64,000 nt of DNA, taken from assembly GCA_965279515.1 (NCBI GenBank), contig CBDIID010000003.1, positions 1,920,001 through 1,984,000 on the forward strand. Direction: 5' to 3'. Each line of letters opens with the position of its first letter. Within the stretch, counting starts at the first letter, position 1. Below the pieces are notes generated by a model that worked only from the letters and a program-made list of their open reading frames with translations, was not told the origin of the DNA and searched no databases. The DNA comes from Turneriella sp. Lineage in GTDB: Bacteria > Spirochaetota > Leptospiria > Turneriellales > Turneriellaceae. A program made the position numbers and the translations under genes. This document shows, one piece after another, positions 19,034 to 29,127 of this stretch.

Positions 19034-22000
19034 TCAAAATTTTTGCAGACCAATCTTGTACAGCTCAGTCTCTTTTAAGGTGCCCATCAGATATAACTGC
19101 GTCCAACCTAAGCGCACAATTTCCAGCGCAATTAATTCTGCTCTCTCGCGGCGTTTCCAATATCCATCCATTGCTTCCAAAAACTCGGTGGCCGAAACCC
19201 GCCCTTGTGCTACGCGGGATTTTTCACGAGACAGGATGCGGCTGTATTCTATTAATTCAGTGACTAACGTTTCTGCGTGTTCCTTAGATGTCTTCAGGCG
19301 GAGCTTGACATCGTTTAGCTGGATTTTGGCGGCACGACGAGCATCCACCAACTGTTGTCGCTTTTCCTCATAGGCTTCTGCCTTCATTTGCCTACGCGTA
19401 ATCTGTGTGCCGCCATCGAGGATACGCCATCGAGCACCTATGGATGCCTGGAACCAATCCTCAGGTGTGAATTGCCGTGCTCCATAATGTGTATAATTGC
19501 CACGGGCATAAATCTCCGGAAGTGATTCCAGAAGAATCCCGTCTCGCTCTGCTTCCAGTGCCGCCATGAATGTCTCAAGTGATTTGAGATCGGGACGATT
19601 TGCGATATCATTTTCATGAACTTCAGGCGGAAGTGCCTTTTCACCAGTGAGTGGCGTTCTTGGGCCATCGGAAGCAGTGAGCCGACCTAAATCTTCCTCA
19701 CAGAGTCTTCGTGCATCGCCAATGGTGTCCAGTCCATTGCGCGCTTCCGCTGTTTTCATCGCAACTTTTGCCTGATCAATTTCGCGCGAACGCCCGGAGC
19801 GGGCGAGACGCCGGAGCTCTACGGTGAGCGATTCGAGATTTTTTACGCGCTCCCTGGCGATTTTCTGCCGCTCACCGAGCTCGGCGCAATCGTAGAATCG
19901 GGATAGTGCCATGTAGATCGCACTCATCGATTCCCATTCAGCCATAAGTGCCGCAGCTCGTTCGCGGCGCGCAGCGGCCGGGATTTTCGACAGAACGCTG
20001 TCGGAGGCCCAAAGAGTCTGGTAGACTTCTACGCCCAGTTGGCCATAGTTCTGCCTGCCATAGGGGAACTGCCCAAAGGGAGTTTGCAGAAAAAAGTCAC
20101 GATCCCGAAGGATGTATTCACCTCCGGCTGTTATTTTAGGTCCCCAAACACCCAAAATTTCGGTATTCTTCCCTGCGCTAGCGATCGCGGCGCGGTGCCA
20201 TGCCGCTTTTGCCGAGGGGGCATCTGCTGCCCGAACCAGCACTTCAGCGGTGGTGATGGGGGGAACATCAACAGCCCTCAAGGGATTCATGGCAACCGCA
20301 AATAGTGCTACTGTAGCGATGACTTCCATCCGTATTTTTTTATCCTTCAATTTTGCATAGAGCCAGGGCACAATGAATAATGTAAAGAGCGTCGAAACTC
20401 CGAGCCCCGACATCATCGCCCACGCAAATGGGGGCCAAAGTGTCGAGTCGGTAAACGTGAGTGGCACCATGCCCAGAATCGTTGAGCCACTCGTCAGCAA
20501 GATCGGACGCAGGCGCTCTCGTATACCGATACGTACGGCAGCCTCTCTGCTTTTGCCCTCCGCCTGCGCGGATTTAAAACGATCTATGAGTAAAATCCCG
20601 TTGTTTACCACAATACCAATCAAAGCAAAAAGCGCCAGCAGCGCCATGAAGCCGAATGGTTTGCGCCCAATGGCGAGGCCTGGCAAAACACCCAATGCGG
20701 CTGTGGGCACACAGGTCAGGATAATGAGTGTAAGTTTGAGCGAATTGAACTCCCAGATCAGGATCGCAATCAGGATAATCATCGCGAGCGGCATAGCGGC
20801 CAGAATCGCGCCATTTGCTTTCAGTGATTCGCCCACCTCGCCGCCGATTTCATACCGAGCCCCGGACGGCAGGGGATGAGTTTTTATATATTCTTTTGCA
20901 TGAGAGAGCAGGTGAGCTGCGCTCAGGGTACCATTCGTTTCCGCCAATACACGCACGACGTTCTCGCGATCCCGGCGATGTAGAATGCCCGTGCCGTGCT
21001 TCTCTGAAAAAACTGCAGTGTCCGCGATGGTGATCGCGTGGTCTGGATTCTGCCCAACCACGGCGCGTTTCAATATCGTCGGGGTTGTTTTTTCCGCCTC
21101 ATTGTAAGCGACTATGATCGGTAGGGTTTCCGTATCGGTGCGGAAAAAACCGGCTGGAATACCCCGGGTTGCCTGCAAAGCCGCCAAAGCGAGGTCATTG
21201 CGTGTCAGTCCATTTTCCGCGAGTACCCGATCGCGGGGATTCAATCTAAGCTCGCGCGAAAAACCTTCCGCATCGTGACGCACGGTTCCCGCACCCGAAA
21301 TAGCAGAAAGCGATGATACCATCATGTCAGCGTATGGAAGAATATCCGGCCCCAGGAGACGAATCTCCACCGGCGCCGGAATCGGTGGGCCTTGCTCCAG
21401 TGAGCGGACGATGATGCGCGGCTGCCCTGTCAGTGCAAGTTCGCCGATTTCGCGCCGCAAATTCGTATGGCTCGACACCGCGGTAGTCATCACCAATATT
21501 TGCGCCAGATGCGGCGCATTGGGTTGCTGGTTAAGATTGTAATAAAATCGCGGAGTCGAGCGGCCAATGAACGAAGCATATCCGTTGACAAATTTGGAGT
21601 CCCCAAGTCGGGCTTCGATGGCATCGACAGCCTTTCGGGTGCGCGAGAGCGCGGTACCTTCCGGATACAGTATCTCTATGACGAGCTGCTGCCGGTCCGC
21701 TGAGGGGAAAAATTTTTGGCCGATGGTGAATGCTGAAAGCACGGCAACGATGATAAGTGTGCCGATGCCAAAAACAATGTGGTGTGAGGCGCCAGTGGCG
21801 ATAGAAGAAATCCATGTGGATACTCTGTCAAGAAATGGCCATTCACGGGTCATACCACGTTTGAGGCCCCAGGCAGCGAGCGTGGGCGTCAGATAAACCG
21901 CTGCAAGCCAGCTCACGCTGAGCGTCGTGATAGCGATAGCAGGTATAGCAAACGTAAACTCTGAGGTCGTGCCCTTGGCCAAGAGCATCGGTAGAAACGA

Positions 22001-23320
22001 AGCAACCGTTGTGAGCGTCGAAGAAAGTAATGGAACCGCGAACATCGAAACCGTTTTTGTTGCGGCAACCATTCGTGGCACGCCGCGGTCGATCTGCTCT
22101 TGTACACTTTCTGCCACGACAATAATGTTATCAATCAAGAGACCCAGTGACATAACAAAGGCTGCTATCGAAATCTGCTGCAAGACACCACCTACAATGG
22201 AATTCAGGGCCAAGGCAATAAGACTGATAAGCGGGAGCATCAGGGTGACCACCAGGCCGACGCGGATCCCCATGGTGATGAGCATCATTGCCCCGAGAAT
22301 GATCATACTTTCGAGCAGTGAGACCGCAAGTTCATTGAGGCGAGAGCGCACAAAAGCAGGTTGTGAATTAATGATCTCAATATCCACGCCTCCTTTCGCT
22401 TCAAATTTACCGATGAGTACGGCAATATCGTCGCCAAAACGTACCAGGTCGATCTCCTGTCGGGCTACGATACCGAGAGCTGACGCAGGTTTCCCCTTCC
22501 AGCGCATTTCTTGCGTGGCTGGCCTTCGCACAGTCTCATCTACCTGTGAAATGGATTTAAGAATGATCGATCCCCCGTTACGCGCTGTGAGAGTAAAATT
22601 GCGAATATCATCCATGGCTTCGAAACCATTCACTGTCTTCAGATTTATTTTATCTCCACCAACGTCGATGCTGCCAGTGCCGAGGCGCTGATTCGCTGCG
22701 AGTACCTGCCCTATCACCTGCGGGCTAGTCAGGCCTGACGCCGCGAGCGCATTGCGATCAAAGGTCAATGTTACCTGTCGGCCTTCGTCTCCTATGTTCG
22801 TGACCGCCGAGACATTTCTGATTTTTAACAGTTCAGTTTCAAGATCCACCAAAGCACGGTGGCGTGCCGCATCCGGGCCTGTCAGGGCAATGAGGATCGC
22901 TTCCTGGTCTAATGCCTTGCGGTTGAGCTGCGGCTTCACCACACCCTGTGGAAAACGCGATTCCGCGCGGCGCAAGGCTGCTTCAACGTCGTCCCATTCG
23001 CGTGTTATCGCCGCGTCAGCAGAGATGGCTCCTTTAAGCTCCACGCGGAAAAAAGCAAATTCAGAACGGATGAGTACATCGAGATGTTCGATACCAGTTA
23101 CTGCACTGAACTCCTTTTCTACTTCGCGGACGACATATTTATTCATTTCCACGGGCGACGCACCCGGATAGATAATATTAATTGTGCCGAAGCGTGGTTT
23201 AAGTCTTGGATCTTCTTCTTTCGCTACGGTGAACCATGAAACAAATCCATAGATGGCGAGAGCACCACCCAGAAACCAAAAGAAACGGGCTCGGCCGGTA
23301 ATTGCTGAACTTGCATTCAT
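19034..23320 (-). CDS. RND efflux permease (AcrB/AcrD/AcrF family) fused to a C-terminal TolC-like outer-membrane domain
   Basis: First ~990 aa carry RND motifs (YPGASP, GLLIDNIIVV, GIVVNNGILL, RLRPILLT). A signal-like segment follows, then ~420 aa with two OEP-like repeats (NRPDLK, PEIYARG, W..LDGG). Confidence 0.88.
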   Translation of the reverse strand: MNASSAITGRARFFWFLGGALAIYGFVSWFTVAKEEDPRLKPRFGTINIIYPGASPVEMNKYVVREVEKEFSAVTGIEHLDVLIRSEFAFFRVELKGAISADAAITREWDDVEAALRRAESRFPQGVVKPQLNRKALDQEAILIALTGPDAARHRALVDLETELLKIRNVSAVTNIGDEGRQVTLTFDRNALAASGLTSPQVIGQVLAANQRLGTGSIDVGGDKINLKTVNGFEAMDDIRNFTLTARNGGSIILKSISQVDETVRRPATQEMRWKGKPASALGIVARQEIDLVRFGDDIAVLIGKFEAKGGVDIEIINSQPAFVRSRLNELAVSLLESMIILGAMMLITMGIRVGLVVTLMLPLISLIALALNSIVGGVLQQISIAAFVMSLGLLIDNIIVVAESVQEQIDRGVPRMVAATKTVSMFAVPLLSSTLTTVASFLPMLLAKGTTSEFTFAIPAIAITTLSVSWLAAVYLTPTLAAWGLKRGMTREWPFLDRVSTWISSIATGASHHIVFGIGTLIIVAVLSAFTIGQKFFPSADRQQLVIEILYPEGTALSRTRKAVDAIEARLGDSKFVNGYASFIGRSTPRFYYNLNQQPNAPHLAQILVMTTAVSSHTNLRREIGELALTGQPRIIVRSLEQGPPIPAPVEIRLLGPDILPYADMMVSSLSAISGAGTVRHDAEGFSRELRLNPRDRVLAENGLTRNDLALAALQATRGIPAGFFRTDTETLPIIVAYNEAEKTTPTILKRAVVGQNPDHAITIADTAVFSEKHGTGILHRRDRENVVRVLAETNGTLSAAHLLSHAKEYIKTHPLPSGARYEIGGEVGESLKANGAILAAMPLAMIILIAILIWEFNSLKLTLIILTCVPTAALGVLPGLAIGRKPFGFMALLALFALIGIVVNNGILLIDRFKSAQAEGKSREAAVRIGIRERLRPILLTSGSTILGMVPLTFTDSTLWPPFAWAMMSGLGVSTLFTLFIVPWLYAKLKDKKIRMEVIATVALFAVAMNPLRAVDVPPITTAEVLVRAADAPSAKAAWHRAAIASAGKNTEILGVWGPKITAGGEYILRDRDFFLQTPFGQFPYGRQNYGQLGVEVYQTLWASDSVLSKIPAAARRERAAALMAEWESMSAIYMALSRFYDCAELGERQKIARERVKNLESLTVELRRLARSGRSREIDQAKVAMKTAEARNGLDTIGDARRLCEEDLGRLTASDGPRTPLTGEKALPPEVHENDIANRPDLKSLETFMAALEAERDGILLESLPEIYARGNYTHYGARQFTPEDWFQASIGARWRILDGGTQITRRQMKAEAYEEKRQQLVDARRAAKIQLNDVKLRLKTSKEHAETLVTELIEYSRILSREKSRVAQGRVSATEFLEAMDGYWKRRERAELIALEIVRLGWTQLYLMGTLKETELYKIGLQKF

Positions 23321-23329
23321 ATTTTCTCC

Positions 23330-24100
23330 TTATGGCACGGCAAGAAATGCTCGGCCTCGTAAGGCCTGCAACAAAGTAAACGTTGCGAACGAACCATAAA
23401 TTAAGGCGAAGGCCAATGTGAGCCAGATATTTTTTAGAAGGTAGAAAGAAGCCAGAGGAATAATCTGTAGTGCGTGCATACCGAAGAAATGAGCGACCCG
23501 GCCATCACCAAACTCTAAGCTCCAGCCGAAGAATCTCATACCCTGACCGCCATCTTCGCCGCCAATAGTATGCTTTAGCTTTGAACCCATAACGAAGCCC
23601 TGAAAGGAAAAAATGATGAAGATGATGAGACCGAAGCGTATTGCCCAGAGATAATGCAGCGGTAATTTTAAATCTGATGAAGATAAAAAAATCACTGCCA
23701 TGTACGTTGTCATCATTGTCGCAATTGCCGCTGCAAGGGCCATAAGGGCATAGAGCGCGGCGTACATAGGTGTACTCAGGTTGAAATGGGATGCTTCCCC
23801 GCGCGCAGCCTGAACCGCAATATAGCCGAGATCAAATCCTAATGTTACGATGGTTACGAAGTTAAAAAGTCCTGTGTTCCATTTTCCGCCGAGGTAGCCG
23901 CTGTACCAGCTAACCGTCAACGCGTAGATTCCGATGGACAGACTAAACTTTATGGGCTTAAACCATGCATTTACACCACCAACCTGGATGTGCGTAAGAA
24001 GACTCAAAAACGTGAAAATCAAGGCTAGAGTGAGGCATACCGTTCCGAAATAAAACATTGCTTCATTGCGCTGTCGTATGCCATCCAAAAACACACTCAT
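23330..24100 (-). CDS. Multi-pass membrane protein of unknown function
   Basis: About 6-7 TMs; WFKPIKF, QAARGEASHFN and GDGRVAHFFGMHALQ motifs; coupled to its neighbours. Confidence 0.8.
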   Translation of the reverse strand: MSVFLDGIRQRNEAMFYFGTVCLTLALIFTFLSLLTHIQVGGVNAWFKPIKFSLSIGIYALTVSWYSGYLGGKWNTGLFNFVTIVTLGFDLGYIAVQAARGEASHFNLSTPMYAALYALMALAAAIATMMTTYMAVIFLSSSDLKLPLHYLWAIRFGLIIFIIFSFQGFVMGSKLKHTIGGEDGGQGMRFFGWSLEFGDGRVAHFFGMHALQIIPLASFYLLKNIWLTLAFALIYGSFATFTLLQALRGRAFLAVP

Positions 24101-24915
24101 GCTACGCCCCGCTTTTCCCGAGTCATGGCCCCCATCACGACTTGCATCGCCCGCACCGCAAAACGGCGTGGCAGAGTTTTCAGTGAAAAGATGAGGAACT
24201 TGCTGAGAAAGCCGGGCATGACTAGATATCCCCGACCAAGCTTTTTCAGAATCCGTGCACCGATATTCTCAGCCGATGGCGGTTTTCCCATACTCATACC
24301 AGCGCGTTTTCCGAATCCACTGGCGACCGGCCCTGGGGCTGCCGCGAGTACATCGACACCGAAGGGCCTCAATTCAACGGCAAGAGCTTCGGCCAGCGAT
24401 TGAATATAGGCTTTTGTCGCGGCATAGTTTGCCGCGTAAGGCACTCCCTGAAACGCCACCAGAGAGCTCATGAGAATAATGCCTCCGCGCCGTTGCCAGA
24501 CAAATTGTTTTGCAAAATGGTGCGTCATACGCATCACCGCTTCGGCATTCACGCGAAGCATCTGTACTTCGGCCGCTAAATCTCCCTGATGGAAATAACC
24601 CGAGGTACCGAAGCCTGCCGCGGCGACCAGAAGGCCGACCTTAAGATCTGCCGTGTATGCAAAAATGCGGTCGCAGGCTTTCGGGTCACCGAGATCTTCT
24701 GCCAGCACATAGGTCTCTATGCCATAGCGTTCAAAGAGATCTTCTGCAAAGCTTTCCAACTCGCTCTTGTTGCGGGCGATGAGCACCAAATTAAGTGACG
24801 CTGCTGCGAGATTTTCGGCGAGGCTGCGCCCAATGCCCGAAGAGGCGCCGGTGACTACCGCCCAGCTTCCGTAGCGATCTTTCAGACGGCGACCTTCTTT
24901 TCCTGATAATCTCAT
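24097..24915 (-). CDS. SDR-family oxidoreductase
   Basis: VTGASSGIG, AAGFG, SS and YAATK motifs. Confidence 0.92.
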   Translation of the reverse strand: MRLSGKEGRRLKDRYGSWAVVTGASSGIGRSLAENLAAASLNLVLIARNKSELESFAEDLFERYGIETYVLAEDLGDPKACDRIFAYTADLKVGLLVAAAGFGTSGYFHQGDLAAEVQMLRVNAEAVMRMTHHFAKQFVWQRRGGIILMSSLVAFQGVPYAANYAATKAYIQSLAEALAVELRPFGVDVLAAAPGPVASGFGKRAGMSMGKPPSAENIGARILKKLGRGYLVMPGFLSKFLIFSLKTLPRRFAVRAMQVVMGAMTREKRGVA

Positions 24916-25964
24916 CGTTTAGCTCCTTTATCTGAAAGTTTAATGGATAACGTCTCACCCTCAGCAAGCATGCGGAATGGGAGCGATTCCGGATTGTGCG
25001 CAATGGCCTGCTTCAGATCACGGGCCGGCGCATCTATTGCTTCAGCCGTAAGATTAAATGCACCAAAATGCATCGCTACGGAGGTGCGTGATTTCAGATC
25101 GATATGGGCCTGAACGGCCTCTTTAGGATTCATGTGAAATTCCCGCATGCGTTCGTTCGGTTCATACGCTCCAATTGGCAACAAGGCAATAGTGGGATTT
25201 CCCAGCCGCCGGTAAATTTCGCTGAAATGGCTGCTATACGCCGTGTCGCCGGCGAAATAGACATAATTTTTTCCGCCTAAAAATATCGCATACGAGCCCC
25301 ACAGGGATTCGTCGCGGTCAAATAAACCGCGACCTGAATTATGCCGAGACGGCGTGAGAAGAATTGAGCTTCCCTCACCGACTTTATAAGACGCCCACCA
25401 GTCGAGTTCAATCACGTTTTCTGAGACATGTTCGCGGATAACCCCCGCATTTCCGAGCGGGACAACAAATACGGGATTGGAATGTTCCTTCAATTGAATG
25501 AGTGTTGGTAAATCGAGATGGTCATAGTGGTTATGGCTGATGACAACTGCATCGACATGCGGCAGACGAGACATTGCGATACCCGGCTCGACAGCGCGTT
25601 TGGGGCCAGCCCAAGGAAAGGGACCAACCTTCGTAGACCAGACGGGATCGGTGAGCACCGCTGTGTCAAATGAGCGGACGAGCAGCGTTGCATGGTTTAT
25701 GAATGTTATTGAGATTTCTCCGCGGTTCACTTTTGGCAGTGTAACGTTTGTTGTGACTGCCCGCGTGCCATCGGGCCAATCACTGTTTCGTCCTGACGCG
25801 ATATGCCGCGCGACTGCAGCAAAGCTCATGTGTTTAGTACGGGGCGTGTTATGAAAGACTTTACCATCAAAATGGTCAGACAATGGATAGTTATGTGCAG
25901 TAGCGCAGCCAACAGCAAGACCAAGCGGGCAGAATATTAGTAAAAAAAACGCAGGGCTACACAC
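24912..25964 (-). CDS. Metallo-beta-lactamase-fold hydrolase (RomA/NAPE-PLD-like)
   Basis: TDPVWS, ISHNHYDHLD, YFAGDT, LPIGAYEP, HMNP and MHFG motifs. Confidence 0.9.
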   Translation of the reverse strand: MCSPAFFLLIFCPLGLAVGCATAHNYPLSDHFDGKVFHNTPRTKHMSFAAVARHIASGRNSDWPDGTRAVTTNVTLPKVNRGEISITFINHATLLVRSFDTAVLTDPVWSTKVGPFPWAGPKRAVEPGIAMSRLPHVDAVVISHNHYDHLDLPTLIQLKEHSNPVFVVPLGNAGVIREHVSENVIELDWWASYKVGEGSSILLTPSRHNSGRGLFDRDESLWGSYAIFLGGKNYVYFAGDTAYSSHFSEIYRRLGNPTIALLPIGAYEPNERMREFHMNPKEAVQAHIDLKSRTSVAMHFGAFNLTAEAIDAPARDLKQAIAHNPESLPFRMLAEGETLSIKLSDKGAKR

Positions 25965-25965
25965 C

Positions 25966-26532
25966 TCAGATACCCTGCTCCGCTTTGCGCTTAATCTCAG
26001 TCAGCCAGGCATCGTGTAGGCGCGATAATTTATTCGGCACGAAAATTTTTTGAAAGAAAGTTAGAAATCCCTTCTGCGATTCATCCGTTATCAGAATGAC
26101 GCCGTCCTTCTTCGGAATAATCAGCCAGGCATGGTAGCCGCGAATCACAGCCTTTTTTGACTCCCAGGAAAGCCGGCGATTCGGTACATATTCCCTAATC
26201 GTCGAGACGAAGTCCAGGCCCATCGTAGTCCAGGTAAAGACGCTCGCCTCCTGTAGTTTCGGATGATTGTTCATGATGACGACATTTTGGGCCCCGTCGT
26301 ACCATTCGGGCCATGCCTTCGCGTCGATCAGAACCTTCCAGACAGCCTCTGGTGCGGCTTTTATCTCTATCGAATTATGGATATAGAAACTGGCATCTTC
26401 AGGCAGGTAATCTTCGGGCCAGTTAATTTGTTCTTCATAGCTGCGGCTCTTCGCAATGGAAGGGCCTGTCGACTGGCAGCCAACAGCTAGAACCAGTGCA
26501 GCGCAGAGGAATCGGATATTCTTGTTTTTCAT
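25966..26532 (-). CDS. SRPBCC/polyketide-cyclase-like lipoprotein
   Basis: Lipobox (AVGC); IEIKAAPEAVWKVLID...WPEW and LSWES patterns. Confidence 0.8.
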   Translation of the reverse strand: MKNKNIRFLCAALVLAVGCQSTGPSIAKSRSYEEQINWPEDYLPEDASFYIHNSIEIKAAPEAVWKVLIDAKAWPEWYDGAQNVVIMNNHPKLQEASVFTWTTMGLDFVSTIREYVPNRRLSWESKKAVIRGYHAWLIIPKKDGVILITDESQKGFLTFFQKIFVPNKLSRLHDAWLTEIKRKAEQGI

Positions 26533-26567
26533 TTAGCCCCCTATTACAATACAATATCTACTTTTTT

Positions 26568-26582
26568 GTAGACACTGTCTAC
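26568..26582. promoter_or_regulatory. Candidate TetR operator
   Basis: Perfect palindrome GTAGACA-C-TGTCTAC between the divergent operon and the TetR gene; degenerate second copy ending ATATCTAC near 26549-26561. Confidence 0.65.
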
Positions 26583-26672
26583 TTATTTTCGCAGATTTTT
26601 CCTTCAGGAGGTGGGAATCCGCAAAGATAGACGCTGGGAGTCTGCGTTGTTTTCTGCTCGCCGCAGGGTCAT

Positions 26673-27320
26673 ATGGCTGTTAAGCGCAAAAACATCCCAA
26701 AAAAACGCGCTACGCTTGGCGAAACAGTACCTGAGGACTTGCGCACAGCGGTTCTCACTGAAAGCCTCAATATTTTACGTAGCGAGGGTATCGGCGCGCT
26801 CAGCATACGCAAAGTGGCCCGTAATCTCGGGATTTCGCATGGTGCGCCCTACCGGCATTTTCCCACCCGCGAGCATATTCTGGCTGCGCTTACAGAGCGG
26901 GGATTCACCTTGTTCGCAGCGGCGCTCAGGGAAAATCTGACACCGCTCTACGAAGTTGACAAACTCGAAGAGCGCCTGATGATGATGTGTGAAAACTATT
27001 TTCGGTTTGTCTTCCGTAATACCGATTACTACCAGTTTATCTTTGGGCCTCGGCGCTTTCCCCATCTTTCGTTTCCGGAGGTAGAGTCTAAGGCCGACAT
27101 GTCGTTTGCAATCCTCACCGAACAGGTCGCGGCGATGATGCACGCGGGTCATATTCGCCGAAGCGACGTCACGGCGGTTTCGATGTTCGTGTTCTCGGCG
27201 ATGCATGGCGCGGCTTCGCTGATGCTCAATGGTGTGACAGAGCACCTCGTGGCCGACCAAAAGATGCGCAATGCCCTATCGGCATTCGTGCAACAGAAAA
27301 TTCTAACCGCCATCCGGTAA
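26673..27320 (+). CDS. TetR/AcrR family transcriptional regulator (WHG-like C-terminus)
   Basis: LSIRKVARNLGISHGAPYRHF helix-turn-helix; SAMHG in the C-terminal domain. Confidence 0.93.
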   Translation: MAVKRKNIPKKRATLGETVPEDLRTAVLTESLNILRSEGIGALSIRKVARNLGISHGAPYRHFPTREHILAALTERGFTLFAAALRENLTPLYEVDKLEERLMMMCENYFRFVFRNTDYYQFIFGPRRFPHLSFPEVESKADMSFAILTEQVAAMMHAGHIRRSDVTAVSMFVFSAMHGAASLMLNGVTEHLVADQKMRNALSAFVQQKILTAIR

Positions 27321-27335
27321 CATACATGTCTCAAG

Positions 27336-28829
27336 ATGGCAGAATATTGGCTTTATGCACCTCTGGGGCAAATGGCAGTGGCGCTCATGATGCAGCTCAA
27401 AATGAATGTGCGGTCTCTCGATGAAAAATTATTTTCGATTACCCAGAGTTCACCACCGCTCGAAACCGCCCTGCCGCTATTCCGAAAATACATAGAGGAA
27501 GCAGATGACTTTGATCTTTTTCGGATAAATCCGTTTTACTTCGCGAAAAATCATGATCTTTCCGACAGTCAATCCATCGATTTATTTCTGCATGCGACCA
27601 AAGCCGGTCTCTTTATTCTGAACTGGCGCCTGATCTGCCCGCGCTGTGGTGACTCGGTCGAAGACTTCAAGGATTTGAAAGACGTGCACGCACATTTCGT
27701 CTGCACGATTTGCCGGCGCGAGCACGACGCTTTCTTAGACGATTACATCCTTATTGATTTCACGATCCATCCTGCGATTCGGCCGATCGCATACCATAAT
27801 CCGGAAAATCTCCCGGTGGAAGATTACCATTACAAATACCATTATTCGCGCGAAGGAAAAATCCCCGGTGGGCCACCGTTCACGGACTGGCTGCGCACCC
27901 AGGAAAAGTTCATCGCCTATGTAAATCCGAACGAGGAGATTAGGAAACCAGTTGACCTGGAAGCCGGGTATGTCATCGGCAACGATTTTATTAACGGGCG
28001 GGAATTCGTTTTCGCCGTTTCTGGGACCAAAACCCCCGATACGCCGTCCGTAAAAACAATCCGCCTGAGCGACAACCATTTAGAAGTCGACGAAAATGTG
28101 GTTGCCAGCGGGCAAAATATTCTTGTCGTCAAAAATCAATCCGCGCAAAAATTCCCACTCGTCATGTATGGTATGGGCCCCGATTTTTACACGAGCGTTT
28201 TCCAGATCGATTTCGATCCTTATCTGACGGCCAAGCGCCTCTTGGTGTCGACAGCCTTCCGCGAACTGTTCCGCAGTGAGGCAATAATCGGCTCAGAGGG
28301 TTTAAGCGTCAAAGATATCACCGTTTTATTCACTGACCTGCGTGGCTCAACGGAGCTTTACGAACGCATTGGCGATCTTAAGGCTTTTGCCCTGGTGCAG
28401 GCGCACTTTGCCCAGATGGGCAAAGTGATCACAAGCAATGCGGGCACGATGGTAAAGACCATCGGCGATGCAATCATGGCAGTCTTCTCCGAACCTGCGA
28501 AGGGTGTGCAAGCTGCTTTGGAAATGTTGGATGAGATTGAAAAATTCAATCAAAATCAGCACCGCAACGAACTCGTATTGAAGATAGCTCTTCACCGCGG
28601 GGCTTCGATCGCAGTAACTCTCAATGATCGCATCGATTATTTCGGGCAAACCATCAATACGGCCGCGAGAGTTCAGGGTGCAGCGCATCCTGAGGAGATC
28701 TGTATTACGCAGGACGTATTCGCAAATGCGGGGGTTACCGTTTTATTGGAGGGCAAAAAAGTCGCCGCAGAAACAATTCAGCTAAAGGGTATTCAAGAAA
28801 AGGTACTAATCCACCGAATCAACCGTTGA
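27336..28829 (+). CDS. Soluble class III adenylate/guanylate cyclase with N-terminal zinc-ribbon-like domain (DUF5939-like)
   Basis: CPRC...CTIC, LFTDLRGST, KTIGDAIMA and DYFGQTINTAAR motifs. True start may be ~20 codons downstream. Confidence 0.88.
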   Translation: MAEYWLYAPLGQMAVALMMQLKMNVRSLDEKLFSITQSSPPLETALPLFRKYIEEADDFDLFRINPFYFAKNHDLSDSQSIDLFLHATKAGLFILNWRLICPRCGDSVEDFKDLKDVHAHFVCTICRREHDAFLDDYILIDFTIHPAIRPIAYHNPENLPVEDYHYKYHYSREGKIPGGPPFTDWLRTQEKFIAYVNPNEEIRKPVDLEAGYVIGNDFINGREFVFAVSGTKTPDTPSVKTIRLSDNHLEVDENVVASGQNILVVKNQSAQKFPLVMYGMGPDFYTSVFQIDFDPYLTAKRLLVSTAFRELFRSEAIIGSEGLSVKDITVLFTDLRGSTELYERIGDLKAFALVQAHFAQMGKVITSNAGTMVKTIGDAIMAVFSEPAKGVQAALEMLDEIEKFNQNQHRNELVLKIALHRGASIAVTLNDRIDYFGQTINTAARVQGAAHPEEICITQDVFANAGVTVLLEGKKVAAETIQLKGIQEKVLIHRINR

Positions 28830-29127
28830 TGCATGAAGTCCGGACATGAGGTGTTCGGTTAATTGTATCATACCCTTCACAACGATAACGCAGATATGCC
28901 AGACCATGTGATGATACGACAAAGACCTCCAGGCGCAAAACAGAGTCCCCACGGTATTGGCTGCGGCCTTGGCACGAACGGATTTACGGTTTTTTTGACG
29001 GGTTGGCACTTAAGTAGGATGCATTTGCTTTGAAATTGTTTCCAAAAAATCTCACGCAGCGTTTATTTTGTCCATGGTCTTAGGCCATATCACTTTACAG
29101 TCACCGGCTGGCGCGTAGGCCGCGCTC

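Noticed and set aside
28830..29127. Possible small gene or ncRNA between the two cyclase genes
   Set aside because: Only a short motif-less ORF and no convincing structure were seen.
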